From NCBI RefSeq assembly GCF_052425735.1, contig NC_135763.1:28706001-28770000 (forward strand): a DNA stretch of 64,000 nucleotides, written 5' to 3'. Position 1 is the stretch's first letter. Every line of letters begins with the position of its first letter. The notes below the pieces were generated by a model. That model ran no database searches. It worked only from the letters and a program-made list of their open reading frames with translations, and was not told the origin of the DNA. Source of the DNA: Oculina patagonica. Lineage: Eukaryota. The position numbers and the translations under genes were made by a program. Shown here in pieces: positions 1 through 13,200 of the stretch.

Positions 1-1322
1 GGAGAGGACCTCCCCTGACCCTTTGACTGCTTCTTTACAGAGGATCGGGTCAAGGATATAGACTGCATGTGTGATATTTGTTTGTTTTGGGGAACATTTG
101 CATACACATCTATCAACCAAAGTAAAATTTCTGCTTTTCTCAGGAGATTTTGTCTAAGGTTGTAGATTTGAGAATTTGACGTAAATCAAAACAACATCCG
201 ATGATTTCACCGCTTTGCTTCACCGAGTGCATGTTCACATTGCAAAAAAAAAAAAAAAGATTTCAGTCAGCCAGAGGAAAACAGTGGTTACCATTCTCGG
301 AATCAAGCTGATAAAATATATTTGTCTTAAGTTATTGTACATTTGTCCTGTTTAATGAAAAATTATGACTGGAGCTTCGCCTACTCAAACCCGGACTTCC
401 TGTTGTTTGTGATGAATTTTTTAGCATCTTGATTTTCATCTCTCTGTGGCAGTCAATGCAAATTCTTTATCCGCATTCAATAATAGAAATAAGCCAGCTA
501 AATTTATAGAAGAAAAGAAGGCAGGACATTGAAATACATCGCGATCAAAGTGTTTATAAAATTCTCACGTACGTTTGTAAAGGCATGCTACATGAAATTC
601 GAGAAGTTCGGTTCGACACCGCACAAGAGCTTATCATGCAATCGGGCCTGACATTATCAATGTGAGCGATACACAGCAACTGTAAAAGCACTGTTCTCTT
701 CCTGAGTCCCTTTTAGTCCAAACTTTCTTGCAATAAGTATTCTGATTTCACGACAAGGATTTGATTGACTTCCCACGACCAAAAATCAAATAGACGAACG
801 ACTTGCAAAAGCCCGCCATTTTGTGCTCAAACGCTCCGCGCACAGTGGTAGGCATTTGCAATATAAAACAGCCATAGGAAGTGCCATTTAAAATATAAAA
901 GGAACGTATGTACTGTACCTTTCTGGAAAGACAACAATTAAATTCAGCACAAAACTTCCGCTGAAATCCTCTAGCAACCCTTCGAATGCAGTTACTCAGA
1001 TTCTTTGAACGAGCGCAATTCTCCGGAGACTGGAACTAGAATCAAAATTACCACTGGGGGTGGAGTAAGGTGAAATGTTATGTCAATTCGCCGTCCACCT
1101 CATTTTTGCCGTCGTTCTTAGAAAATCATTTACCTTTTTTTGTGGCCGTTTCTCGTTCTGCATCTGCATTTATTTCCTTATTAAATCCAGTTAACTCCAT
1201 AGTAAAGTAAAAGAACAACATAAACAATGCTGCAATCAGACAACCTCATTCCCAGGGCTTTTCCCTTGATCTCCAAAAATACCAAGGGAAAAGGCATGGG
1301 ATCGAGGTTGGCTGTCAGACAT

Positions 1323-2183
1323 CAGGGGCGGATCCAGGGGGGGGGGGGGTGGATTGGGTGGCTAGCCACCCCCCTTGATCCACCAGAAAAATGAAAATAA
1401 ACATATTGAAATAGAAATAAGGACAATGTCCATCCACCTTTCATAGTCAGGCGGCCGTTCAAAGTTAAGAAAGGCCATTTTTCCAAAATAGGAGATTTTC
1501 GACAGCCTGTTTTATGAACTTCAGGCTTAATGTAACAAAACATTAGATTTCTTTTAGCTTTAGATTTTTTTTAGATAGCTTTCAAGGGTTGTTTTAGCCT
1601 TGCTGGAATGATTTTTCTTCTTCATTTACATTTTTTAGCGAGTTTTTTTTTTTAGCGACCGTTTTTTCGCATCGAAGCAATTTCACAAGCAAGCAAAGTC
1701 GCCAAAAGTGACTAAAAATTTCCACGCATGTGGATAAGCAAAAAAAACACAGATCTGTTCTTTCCTGTAAGTTCGTAGCCTGTCAACTTTAAATTTCAAT
1801 CACTGTTCATTTTATAACTGAGAACTAGATTTTTTCTCTGGAATATAACTAAGTTGAGGGGAAAAATATGGTTTCAGTGGTTTAGTAACTTAGTTGACAG
1901 CTGTATAAAGCTGCTCAGAATCTCAGAAATCACGTCTAAAAGGCTTGAACTTTTCAAAATTTTCTGAGGGGGCATGCCCCCAGACCTCTCTAGGGGCAGG
2001 GAGCCTACGGCTCCATGAAATATGGGCCTCAGACCCAAAATAATTTGCACTCCCACTTTCAACAAATTGCCTAAAAGCTTGAACCCCTCCCTCCACAAAA
2101 AAAAACTGGGGCTTGAACAATATAGTAAACAAAAATATTGGTAAACAGCCACCCCCCTTTGAAAAATCCTGGATCCACCCCTG
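1323..2183. mobile_element. Non-autonomous TIR DNA transposon (CAGGGGCGGATCCAGG termini), 5-bp TSD
   Basis: TIRs CAGGGGCGGATCCAGG / CCTGGATCCACCCCTG; GACAT on both flanks. Confidence 0.8.
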
Positions 2184-3140
2184 GACATTGTCTAATACTA
2201 GAAATTGCACAATTGGAAAGTGGTTTAATTCTCCTCGGGATCCATTCTTTTGTTTTGCAGTAACGTTTAGGCTTGTGTCCTACAGCGGGGGTGGGTGGGG
2301 GGTAGGGAAGGGTGTTCATTCTCTGATCAGGACAGATCAGACACGAACAGTACATTTTCACGCGATCTGTAACCAGTGGTTTCATCTTTTCATCATTGGA
2401 TGTAATCCCAGTGTGTGACCATGCAAATGAAAGCTGTTCAGTAGTTCCCTTATTCAGTACATTTTTCACAACATGAATGGTAAAATCTAGGTAATTTTGA
2501 ATATCAATTTTGAACACTGGCAACCTTACAAAAGTGTTAAAAGGAAAAATGTCCCTGGAAGAGAAAAGCTTATATTTTAATTTTTTTTTTTCGTCAGGGA
2601 AGTACCTCCAAATGTAAAACCCAACCCCTGCATTGTATCATAGAAACTGTTTATTTACATAACAGGCTCATAACACCATGTAAAGAGAAACTCACGAAAG
2701 ATGTAAAAACACATTTTAATTCTCCCTTTTTCTGCTGTCTTGTTGATGCTGTCTGTGGTTCTTTAAAACTGTATAAAAGCTAACAAGATCTTTACAATGA
2801 GCAACAATAAAATATTATTTCACTAGTCACAGATAAGAATAAAGAATCTCAACTCTTCTTAACATCTTAAGATAAAATGAGAGAAGAAGGCTTGGAAGAA
2901 TGAATAGGCTGATCAGTTTAGCAAGTGCAAAAAGAGAAAATCGCTGCCTTGTTTAATGCACATAGAAACAATAAAAGCAGCCCCCATATTAAAATGCAGT
3001 AAAACCCTAGACAACTCTTACACTAAATAGAAATTGCATATACTTGTAGTTGCAAGAAAACATGATATATGTATATATACTGTACAATCAGTTCAATTTG
3101 TCCTGAAGTCGTAAAAGTCATAATATTAAAATAGTGTGGA

Positions 3141-5727
3141 TTAAGCTGTAACTTCCTCTTGATGATCTCCATTGGTGGTCTTCTGTTTTTTCAAGTATTC
3201 TTCACCCTCCTGAAATATTGTTCGAAAAAGAATGTAAAAATAATGCAAACTTGACAAAATGGGTCTACAAATGGGTAGCTTATGTGGGGGGGGGGGGGGA
3301 ATAAAAAAATGTTTTGTTTCGTTTTGTAATGAGCTACAGCAGTGTTGATAGAATTGTTTTGAAAATGATTAGGATTTATTAATGCATAAACAAGCGAATA
3401 TTAACGTTAAAAGCCGACGTTTCGGCGTCATCCTGACACCATTCTCAGAGATGCCAACCTAAAAAAATCTAGATCCGGGAGACCACCAATTTTGCGAGAA
3501 GATACCTCTTCTCAACGCCCAAAACGGCACAAAAAATAGAGCTTCGCCGAGTGATCCACAAAAATGCGTCAAATATTTTTAAATTTTCTCCTAGATTTGG
3601 CCAAAATAAACGTGAAAACACGCATTTTTAAGAACTTTCCTTCGTATCCGGGAGATTTGACAACCCGTAAGAGAGACCGGGAGATTCGGCCTGTATTCGG
3701 GAGACTACCGGATAATCCGGGAGAGTTGGCATAGATGCATTCTCAAGGCAAAGTGAATAAATAATGCGATATCAGTTTCTATAGCACAAAATAAGTTCTT
3801 CAACACGATGTACATGTAAGCACATTACTTAATTTCTGATAAATCCATTAAAAAGCATACTGTTTTTGATGTGGGCATATTTCTTTGATGCTTACTTCTT
3901 AATTCAAAAATTGGAAATTTGCAAAGCACATTTTTACCAAAACTATAAATCATTTTAATAATAAAAATTTTTTTAAATAAATACATTTGCTATAAATATT
4001 CCTGGAATTTAACTTCTGTAATAAAAGCCTGGACGGGTGAAATATTAAAATAATTTCTAGCCTTTAATATCATCTCGTGATCCGAACGCCGTTTGTAAAT
4101 TTTAAGAAACATGCAATTATTTAGTCACGAAAAATGTCACGACTTTGAATCGGATATTTACTAAGCAAACAAACTTGACAGACGATACTTGAAATGCGAA
4201 GACTCGCCTTTTAAATAAACTTACGTTGTAGAAGTACATACTTTCAAAAGAAGTTAATTTTACACCTCCCCTGATGTGAAGGGTGTATTTTAATAAACGA
4301 TCGCGGTTTCATTTCGAAGTCCAAATTTTTAACCGGAAGACGAAGTCAAGTTATCGTGCGCGCCAGGTTAAACCATGTTCCGCTTGAGTTTATGAGTTCA
4401 AAGCGTGGCGTCTCACAGCGAATTCAATAGCTATTTGTCTCGTGCACAACAAGAACCATATTGACATTAAAACAATAGGCTTCCCTTTGATTAAAATAGA
4501 AACAAAGCCATGCATGACATCTCAAAATGGCGTGACAAACATGCATGTACATTTCTGACTTGTCGATATCATTTTCGCTTCACAAGACACAAATTCGCGT
4601 AGAAGACGCTGGAAAGAGTACAAGATGTAAACATTCCACGCGGTGATTATGCAAAAAGACTCGATTTTCTCTGTAAGCGGAAATCATTAACATAATTTAA
4701 ATTTCCATGTGACAATAGCAAACAAAAGTAACACGGACTTTATTGAGAACGTTTCTTCAGAACAACAGACCGGTACCCGAAATCGACTTCAATTTACAAA
4801 CTTTTTTCAAAACAATTCGTGCGCCAGTTTTCTTAAACCTACCTCGATCGTTTCTTGCATAGTTCCCTTTCGCTTCAGATCGGGTTTTTCGTCGTCTTTA
4901 TTGCCGTTCTGTTTATCTGCCTCGCTCTCTTCGATAGCCGCTTTCACTGCTTCGCTTTCTCCACGTGTTCCACCGTCTACAGCGTGCCCGGCGTTCTCCA
5001 GAAACTTTTCGCCCTCCTGACAGAGAAATGCACCGTTGATTAGCGAAAAAAAACGTCTCAAACAGCAAACCAAAGACAGATCCTAGAGAAAACTGGAGAT
5101 GATCTCACCGAAGCGGTCACGACCATCGTCCCGTCGCGTTTGACAGCTGGTTTATCTGAGCCGTTCTCTTCGCAGTTTCCGTTTTCTTCTTCGTCTTCTT
5201 CTTCTTCGTCGTCTTCACCGCTTTCCTCTTGTTCGCCTTCGTCGTCTGCTTCTTTCAAAGCCGCGGTCTCTGATCGCGTTTTCCCGCGTTCTCCATCTCC
5301 AAGGAGATCGCTTCCCTCCTAAAAATGTACATCACGGGTACAAAAACAAGTCAGGTAGCTTTGACTTCTGAATTTTAAATCCTTGAAAGAAAGCGAAACT
5401 GAACAACTTTCGAACTTTTGATCGTACCTGTGCGGTCGCTGCCATTGTCGAAGTTCTTTTTAGTTTGGCTGCAGCATCTTCGTCTTCGATTTCCTCGAGT
5501 TCTTTTTGCTGCCCTCTAGTTTTCGCATCTTCGTGAACTTTTCCATGTTCTTCAAGAAACTGTTCTCCCTCCTGAGGCGAAAAAAAGAGAAATAATCATT
5601 CATTTAGTCCCAGAAGACCCTCGGATTAAAGATTTTCCGGTGTTCGCGCGCTTTCGATCTTGCTTCTCACCTTAGCAGTGACAGTCATAGTGGAATCTCT
5701 CTTGAGCTCGGGGGCTTCTTCGGCCAT
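3141..5727 (-). CDS. Uncharacterised acidic repeat protein, 217 aa, 5 exons (5671-5727, 5428-5571, 5109-5318, 4843-5016, 3141-3209)
   Basis: ATG at 5727 (MAEEAPELKRDSTMTVTAK), four phase-0 GT-AG introns, TAA at 3141-3143. The motif KRx[ST/GT]MxxTxx|EGxx[FLY]L recurs at each junction. CCAAT-type motifs lie upstream (5896, 5937). Confidence 0.85.
3446..3737. mobile_element. hAT-like MITE
   Basis: CAGAGATGCCAAC / GTTGGCATAGATG termini, CATTCT duplicated on the flanks, internal CCGGGAGA repeats. Confidence 0.7.
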
Positions 5728-7370
5728 GTCGCGAAAATGAACTGTCGAGAAGTTAGGGAAAGAAAGAATAAAACCACAGCTCTAACACCGAACAAAGCCG
5801 ACAGCAGAAAGAGGCAGAAAGTGAAAGGTGCCGCTTACAAGAAGAATTGGGAACAAAATAAACTTCAAAGCGCGGAAACGCAGGCGCGCTTCGCATTGGC
5901 TGGATACTTGTCAAAAGGCACAATGCCCGCAGCTCTGATTGGTTGTTCCGCATTTGAAGTGCTTTCACGTGTCTAAAATTGGCTTTCTCCGCGTTCTCAA
6001 ATTTCCTGTCAAAATTTTTTAAAAGCTTTCAATGAAAACACGAAAGACTGCTTGTCTAAAGAAACATGACATTTTGATGAACTTTTTGCCATAGCCTTCG
6101 CGGGAAATAAGAAAAAGATGAGGAGAGGGGGTAGACAACAGAATCCTGCATGAATTAGATAACAAAACATTGAAAATTGAGTATTTCTATGCAAAGCACC
6201 TGTGCTTGTTTTGTACTAAACAAAGACTGACCGTTTCGGGGCTATAAATGGAAAAATAGGGACTAAAGTCTTCTGTTGTGCGCCAATAAACAGTTATGAA
6301 TGCGGCCATCTGGCAGAGATATGATGCGGCCATCTGATTGGCGGAGAACATGAACAATAACACACGTGTTGTGAATCAAGCGGCGATGACGTCAAACTTG
6401 ACCCTTACAAAAAGGGGGCCTGGGAATTAAAGAAAGTGCTTATAAACATGTGTATAAAAGTGGCGCTAAACATTGTTAGAACTTTTATTTATTTCAAGGG
6501 CTGGCCCAAACGCTTAGCTTGTACTTCGAATGTCAAAGTAAAAGAAAAGAGAAGAGAAGGAAAGAAAAGAAACGAAAAAAGAAAAGAAAAGAAAGAAAAA
6601 GGAGGGAATACAAAAGAAACGAGAAAGGGAATGGAATGAAAAAAGAACAAAAATATAGAAAAGAAATGCGAAGGAAAGAAAAGGAAAACAGAGAGCAAGA
6701 AAAAGGAAAAAGCCACAATGCCAAAGGGAAAAACGAGCCATTTTATTGTTAGGTAGTCTGGTATAAAAGGGAAAAGCCCTGGGAACGAGGTTGCGTGAAA
6801 AGTAGGACCCAGATCTTCTCTTGGCCTCGTTCCTTTGTTCCCGTGAAGCTTGAGAACAGTATCTGGCACGTGTCAGGAACGTGTGCTTAACATGAACGTA
6901 CGAACGAAACAAATGTGTACCAGGAGCCCTTGATGGGCTCCTGTGTGTACCTATAGACTCTTGGTTTTAGGCCATCGTAACTTGATTAAAAAATATAACA
7001 CAAACAGCGGTGATAAACATGAAAAATCGCACATTTATAAACTTGACGTTTCGTATGCTAAGCTACATACATTTTCAAATAAAAATGCGATTTTTCATGA
7101 TGTTTATCACCGCTGTTTGTGTTATATTTTTAATCAAATGTGTACCTATTGAATGTGCGCGTCTATCACCGAACAAAGCTTGTATACTGACCGCGTACTG
7201 GGCTACGACATACAAATCCCTGTTGATTATACAAATTTAAGGGCAAGCCAGTTAAATATACGACTAAACTTGCTGTCATGCTGTATTTAAATATGCCAAT
7301 TATACAGCACTCTTTATAAAGCACGTGGCAGAGTTTGTTGAATCTGCCACAAATAGCTGACAGCCCTTAA

Positions 7371-8519
7371 GGTCGCGGGGGACACCTTAGGCTCATCATT
7401 ATACATAATTTAAAGCGTATACACGAAGTACAACGACTCACATCGACAACTTTACGAGATATTTATGACTGAGTAAAAATATGGGCTTGTTCTCGTGATT
7501 TGAAAAATACGCCTGTTTCTTAGATTTTTAACAAATTTAAAACAACACTTAAGCACTATACGTTGATATGGATAGTAGGAGGTCTATGAGCTAATTTTTA
7601 TTCAAATTTGAATATTTCTGCAACTGATCAGAGTAATCACAATAATATTCGGCATAAACAACCGTGTCCTTTTTAAAAACGCATTGTTCTCACCATAAAA
7701 GCGTGGAATATAATTACCATAATTACATCTCTCCTTTGGAAACTGGTCGTGTTTTGGTCGGGACACCTTCGGAAATCTCAAAGTTTGGACTTTTCCGACA
7801 ATTTTGTGGCAGGGAATACATCGCGGATATAGAACTTCATGACTTGCCACTGCAGATAAATAAACTATGAATACTGTAGTGTGTCATAACAGAAGCGGAA
7901 TTTTATAAGAGCGCTTTTAGAAACAGGTAGAACGCATTAAACTCAAATTTGCGCACTTAAACTGCCATTACTTGCTGGCAAACTTTAAATTAAAAAATCC
8001 GCTTCTGTTATGACAACCTAGAGGTATTGACTGATTTGTTTTTGACAAGATCACAGTGTGCTGTCTCCTACTCGTTTCGCAAACTCTGCCACAAAATCAT
8101 GTTCTTCCCAATTTGGCACTAATGAAGCTATAACATCGCTGTTAAGTGCAGTCTACCAAATAAAAGATGACATTCATAATTTTTCATCATTTATTTATGT
8201 CTCTGTAAAATTTAAGCTTAATTGCACCAATAACAGCCGAGAAATACCTTATTATAGGAATATAACGAGGCATTTTAACAACGCGAACAAAATTGACGCG
8301 TAATAAAATTAACGCGAATTTAAGAAAAGTTCTGGTTAAATGCTTACAGTAAACGTGTTTATATTAATTAACATCAATAAAATTAACGCGATTTTTTGAA
8401 ATTCGCGTTAATAACATGTATCGTTAATTCCCTATAATAAGGTAAGCGTTTTAAAAGATGCAGGTCAAGCATAATTTCGCCTCATGAATTTATTCATGCT
8501 GTAGGTATCCCCCGCGACC
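7371..8519. mobile_element. Kolobok-like non-autonomous element (TTAA TSD) with a nested TA-targeting MITE at 8245-8444
   Basis: TTAA-GGTCGCGGGGGACACC ... GGTATCCCCCGCGACC-TTAA. Inner element TACCTTATTATAGG / CCTATAATAAGGTA. Confidence 0.75.
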
Positions 8520-9042
8520 TTAAAACATTTAAACTTCCGCTGAGTTGGACTGGGATCGAGCACTTTTTGTTTTGTGACAGAGCCCGTGGTACAAAATTTG
8601 CTGTACAGTGGAATATCCAAAACAAAGCAAAGTTTAGTTTTCTAGCGATTTTTTCACGTTTTGGAAAACGTGGTAACTGTTTTTGCCAGTTGAATTTTCT
8701 GCGATTTCTCAGTTATCACTTGAACCCTGTCTAGACCCGCTTATTATCCAGTCTATCAAAAACATATACAACAGACACAAAAATATAAGTTTGATTTAAT
8801 AAAGTATACTTTATTAATAAATATCTGTTGACGTCTACGAAACTAGGGTCGAAAGTTATCTATACAATTTAGATATTTGAAATTGTTATGTCTTAGATCT
8901 TCAGCGATGATCATTCTTCAAAATAAAATCTTTGTTTCTTGGCGGCCTGTAGATAAAAAGAGGCAATGAGTAATAACAAGTCTTAGAAATGGTGCAGACT
9001 GCCATCTTCGCATTCAATAAATTAATTCTGCCCAGTTTGAGG

Positions 9043-9495
9043 CCCGGAGGGGGGGGGGGGTACTCCCATGAATTTCGGATAGGGGTGTGCCGCCAAGGTT
9101 CTTAAACCCTGACCCTATTTAAGGATAAAGAAAGCGAAAATTGATACCTTTTTAAGGCCCAAAACCGAAAAATGACACCCTATTCAAGGGGAGGGGAAGC
9201 GTTCCGTGACGACCCAAATAACGGCTAACCGCGCACGGCAAGACACAAATCTTTATAAAATCGCTTTACTAATACCTGAACAGAAAATTCAGTTTTAAGA
9301 TATCTTTTTTTCGTCTAGCTGGGCGTTTATTTTAGCTAAAAGAATTTAGGTACCCTATCTAAGGATCACACCGGGAACACATTGCCAAAAGGAGCAAAAA
9401 TGATACCCTATTTAAGAACCGAGAACCTCAAAAACCATACCCTATCGGGCGGCACATACCTATATAGGCCACATATGGGAGTACCCCCCCCCGGG
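9043..9495. mobile_element. Non-autonomous DNA transposon (CCCGG..GGTACTCCCAT termini)
   Basis: CCCGGAGG(G)nTACTCCCAT / ATGGGAGTA(C)nGGG inverted ends; internal ACCCTATTTAAG repeats. Confidence 0.7.
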
Positions 9496-10212
9496 GGGGT
9501 TGAGGACACAAGTATCGTTATTTCTCGAGAACGTGCCCACGAGAAATAATTGAACCCGCGTTTTCATCTTTATTACGTCACTAGGCAACGTGACGGGGGA
9601 GAGGGAACTGACGTGACGTTTTTCCGGAGTACATTTTTTAACAGTTGGGTAATATAACAATCGAAAAGAAAATCTTCGAAAGCTTTAATTTAGCAAAGCT
9701 GCACTCGGGAGAAGTATTGCGATAGCATAAAAAGCCAGTCTAATATTAAAGTCTCTGACAAACGCAAAAGCTAAAGAATCGTTTCGCGTGACCATCGTGT
9801 CACGCAAAGCAGTGTTATCACAAGTTCGGAAGAGAGCGGGAAAGAATTCCTCAAAAACCTGGAAACGTAGGCTTCAAGAATTAAGATTCTTTTGAAGTAA
9901 ACGTACTTGGGCCACTCAATTAATGGGAGTTTATACCCTTTAACACAAATCCCCGCAGTTAACCGATACTTTTACTGCTTTTATTCACATCAGCCTGTCC
10001 TCATGTGATGTCACGCTGCTAAGAAATCCCGCGGAATATCGCGGGCTCGGTCAGTTCTCGCAGAGCACACTCCATTTCAGTGTAAGAGTCACTAAGTGTC
10101 GCACGATTTCTCTAGCACCCTCGCAAGATAGGCGGAATGCTTCAACTCCACGCGAACAAATAAAAGGGAACAAACAAATAAAGTAATCTCAAATAAACGT
10201 ACATTAAAAGCG

Positions 10213-13200
10213 CTATGTGTAGACCGCGTTGATGCTAAACGTTTCTTCATTTTTGTCCTCAGAGTCGTTGATGAAGATGAATACTTCAGCTTTTCCTGGG
10301 AATTGTTGAGGAGTGAAGCGGAGTCCGATACTGTGCGATTCCCCAGGACCAACCTGGAAATAAAATAAAACAGCGAGGAAATTAAAAAAGAAACGGCCAT
10401 TTTACAGGCAATCGTACCGGCTAGAAGCGGTTTTTCCCGTTCACTATAATACTGGGTCTTACGTATTCACAAAGCCGCAAAACGAGCCACAAATTTGCGC
10501 TTTAGCTTCTCAAAAGGTTAACGAATGCTTCTCGTTTAACTAATATGTCAATGCTGTTTTCATTGGAGCGGTTTTCAATTGAGTGTCCGCGCCATTTCCC
10601 CCATCCATCCCACCCTCTCTTATACAAACAATATGCGACCTACAACCGCCTGATTTGCTTCCGAGGACTAAAACGACGATGAAATCACTTCATTATTCAC
10701 TTCACACGCGAGAAATAAAGCATAGATAACTGTTGTTACCTCAATAATGTTTTCCTTGAACTGTAGTAGATCCGGTCTGTTACACTTTAAATGGAACGTC
10801 TTTTTCGTTGGATAAGGATTGGCGAATGATACACGCTGGTATGAACAAGAAAGAAGAATGTCAGTTTGCACAACTGGGAAGAATGACTGAATGAAAACCC
10901 TCCAGGCGCTTATGTTATTTTCTGATTGGACAGAAGGAATCGAGAAGGAACGGTATAAAATTCCATTTTCCAGCCTATTGTTTTCCAGATATTTCAAATC
11001 CCAGTCCCTGTTTTATTGTTTAGGGAGGTGGTCATAACAAGTGTACTCAGTGAGGACCCACCTTGTAAGGGGTAAGGGGGCTATGTAAGATACCACCTGT
11101 CTGATTAACCAAATGGACGAAATTTATTGGCTTCAAAAATTTAGTTTAGACTTTCATATTTGGTGTGCATGAAGCTTGCGTTGCTGGAGAAATGGCACAA
11201 GAAGGTTTGAATCTTTTTCTTAATCCCTACTCCTGATAGAGTGGGGGCCATGCAAACAAGAATCCATCTTAAGGTGGGGAAGCGGGGGGGGGGGGGGGGG
11301 ACATGAAGAGACCACCTGTCTTTTTGCAGAGTGGCGGGTCCTATCTGAGTACAATAGTTTTGACCATTTCCCTTATTTCTTTGTGACCCAAGTCTTATTT
11401 CAGTTCCCAGTGAAAATCTGCCCAAATCCCAGTTCCTATTTTGCCCATTTAGGCCCCTCCGGGAATCCTTCGGGTATCTCACTTCTCACAGCGAAGATTT
11501 GCTGAAAATAGCAGTCGTTTGCCGACTATGAGATACAAACGAACGTCGAGAATTAGCCAACGCGTTGTTCAAAATGATAAAATTTTCAGAAAGATAGCAG
11601 ACTACATAAAATTCTTACCTTGTTTGAACCTTTTCCCCCGCCAACTTGGATTTGAAGTTCAAACGATTTTGAAATGACGGGCAATTGACACGAGGCACAG
11701 ACCAGCCAAGTTCGCACAAGCTGATGAAATTCCACATCTGAGGCGCGCGGTTAAGGGAAAGCGTTTACTAAAAAGGCTAGAAACAGGACGTTTACCTCTC
11801 CTCAAGTCGAAAAAGTTAAAGCAAGCCGGGTTTAACTGATTTATTTGGCAAAGCCGAAACCAAAATGCAAGTAAACTTGAACTTCGATTTCTAAATTTCC
11901 CGCGCTTTTCAGGATTCCGCGCTGGAACAAGAATCAAAGTCTCTTCGAGATACCGACTTTTTTTGCATGAAGTATGAGTCGAAGGTTTATCCTGTGCATT
12001 GTTCTTCGAACTTATCATTACGGTTGCTTTGTAGTTTAGTTTAACAATTTCCTATCTTCGCGGAGGAAATGCAGCCATATAATTTTGTCAAAAATGGCTC
12101 GTCCGCGCCGGGTATTTATACACATATTCCTCAACATTACACAAATAAACAGTGCAAATTTCACCGAGATCTGACAATTCTATACTTTAAAATTGCAAGG
12201 ACCTTTCGAGGCAGTTGATTACGGCAGCGAAATTAGCAAATGAAACAGCAAAATATGCGTTCGACGCTTTGTTTTTGTGACGCCATATTTGAATTGTTAT
12301 AGGTAGACCGCTGTTCAATGTGTTCAAGGCCGTATCGTTACGATTGCTCCACGAAAGAGCACGAAAAAAATACGGATATTTCCGACTACTGTCGGAGAAA
12401 ACATTGCGTAAACAAATCGATACACTCAAGCTGCGTTTTTTCTGACTCGTCCCCAGTCGTCTTCATATAGCACGCGGCAATCTCTCCCTCCGCTGTATAT
12501 TTGCCGCGTGCTGTATGAAGACGACTGGGGACGAGTCAGGCGTTTTTTCGCTCCCCGCCCCCACCCTCTTGCTTCTTCTGTTTTGTGCTGGCGTCCAGGT
12601 CTCTCGCCGTTCTCACCGAGCGCTCATCGATCGAAAAACACGAAAAATAGAGGGCTGTGGACAGTCTATGCGAGGGTCGGATATCAAGACAGCTTCTTCG
12701 TGGGCTTAAGAAGGATTAAACAAAAGCCATATATACAGTGAATGCTATCGAATTATATTTGAAGATGAAATACGAAGGAATTTTGCTGTCTTTGACTGGA
12801 ATTCCACTCCAACTGCGTAGATACGATCGCATGTTGTAAAGCCGATTCATGCAACATTGCTGTCAACTTGAGGTCACGTCCCTAACGACCTAGGCTGATG
12901 ACGAAATAGAATGGGCGCTTGTAGCGACCAAATTTGGCCTAAAAAAGAAGCCTTAAAAGAAGCCCCCATCTCTTGCATTTGTTTTAACTTCAATAATATC
13001 TTTGAAAAGAGCAAGTTTTTTGGTATGGTTTATTTTTGACGTTTGTAATTTTTAAACGATGTAAGTGCTAGTGGCTATTTATTCGTGTTTTAGTTACGCA
13101 ATCCATTGTTTGTGCGACGCTTTTTATAGATCGCCTTTCAGACACACGTGCGTTGAGATAAGAAAGCTGACATGTCACTTTTAACATTGTTATATAACGT

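Noticed and set aside
1-61. Possible last codons of a + strand gene (ERTSPDPLTASLQRIGSRI*)
   Set aside because: Too short at the window edge to support.
6436-6912. K/R/E-rich and F/S-rich ORFs
   Set aside because: Low-complexity A/G-rich tract with no splice or domain evidence.
11659-12018. 119-aa minus-strand ORF as a separate gene
   Set aside because: It overlaps NPHP4 exon 11619-11737 in the wrong frame; the rest is intron.
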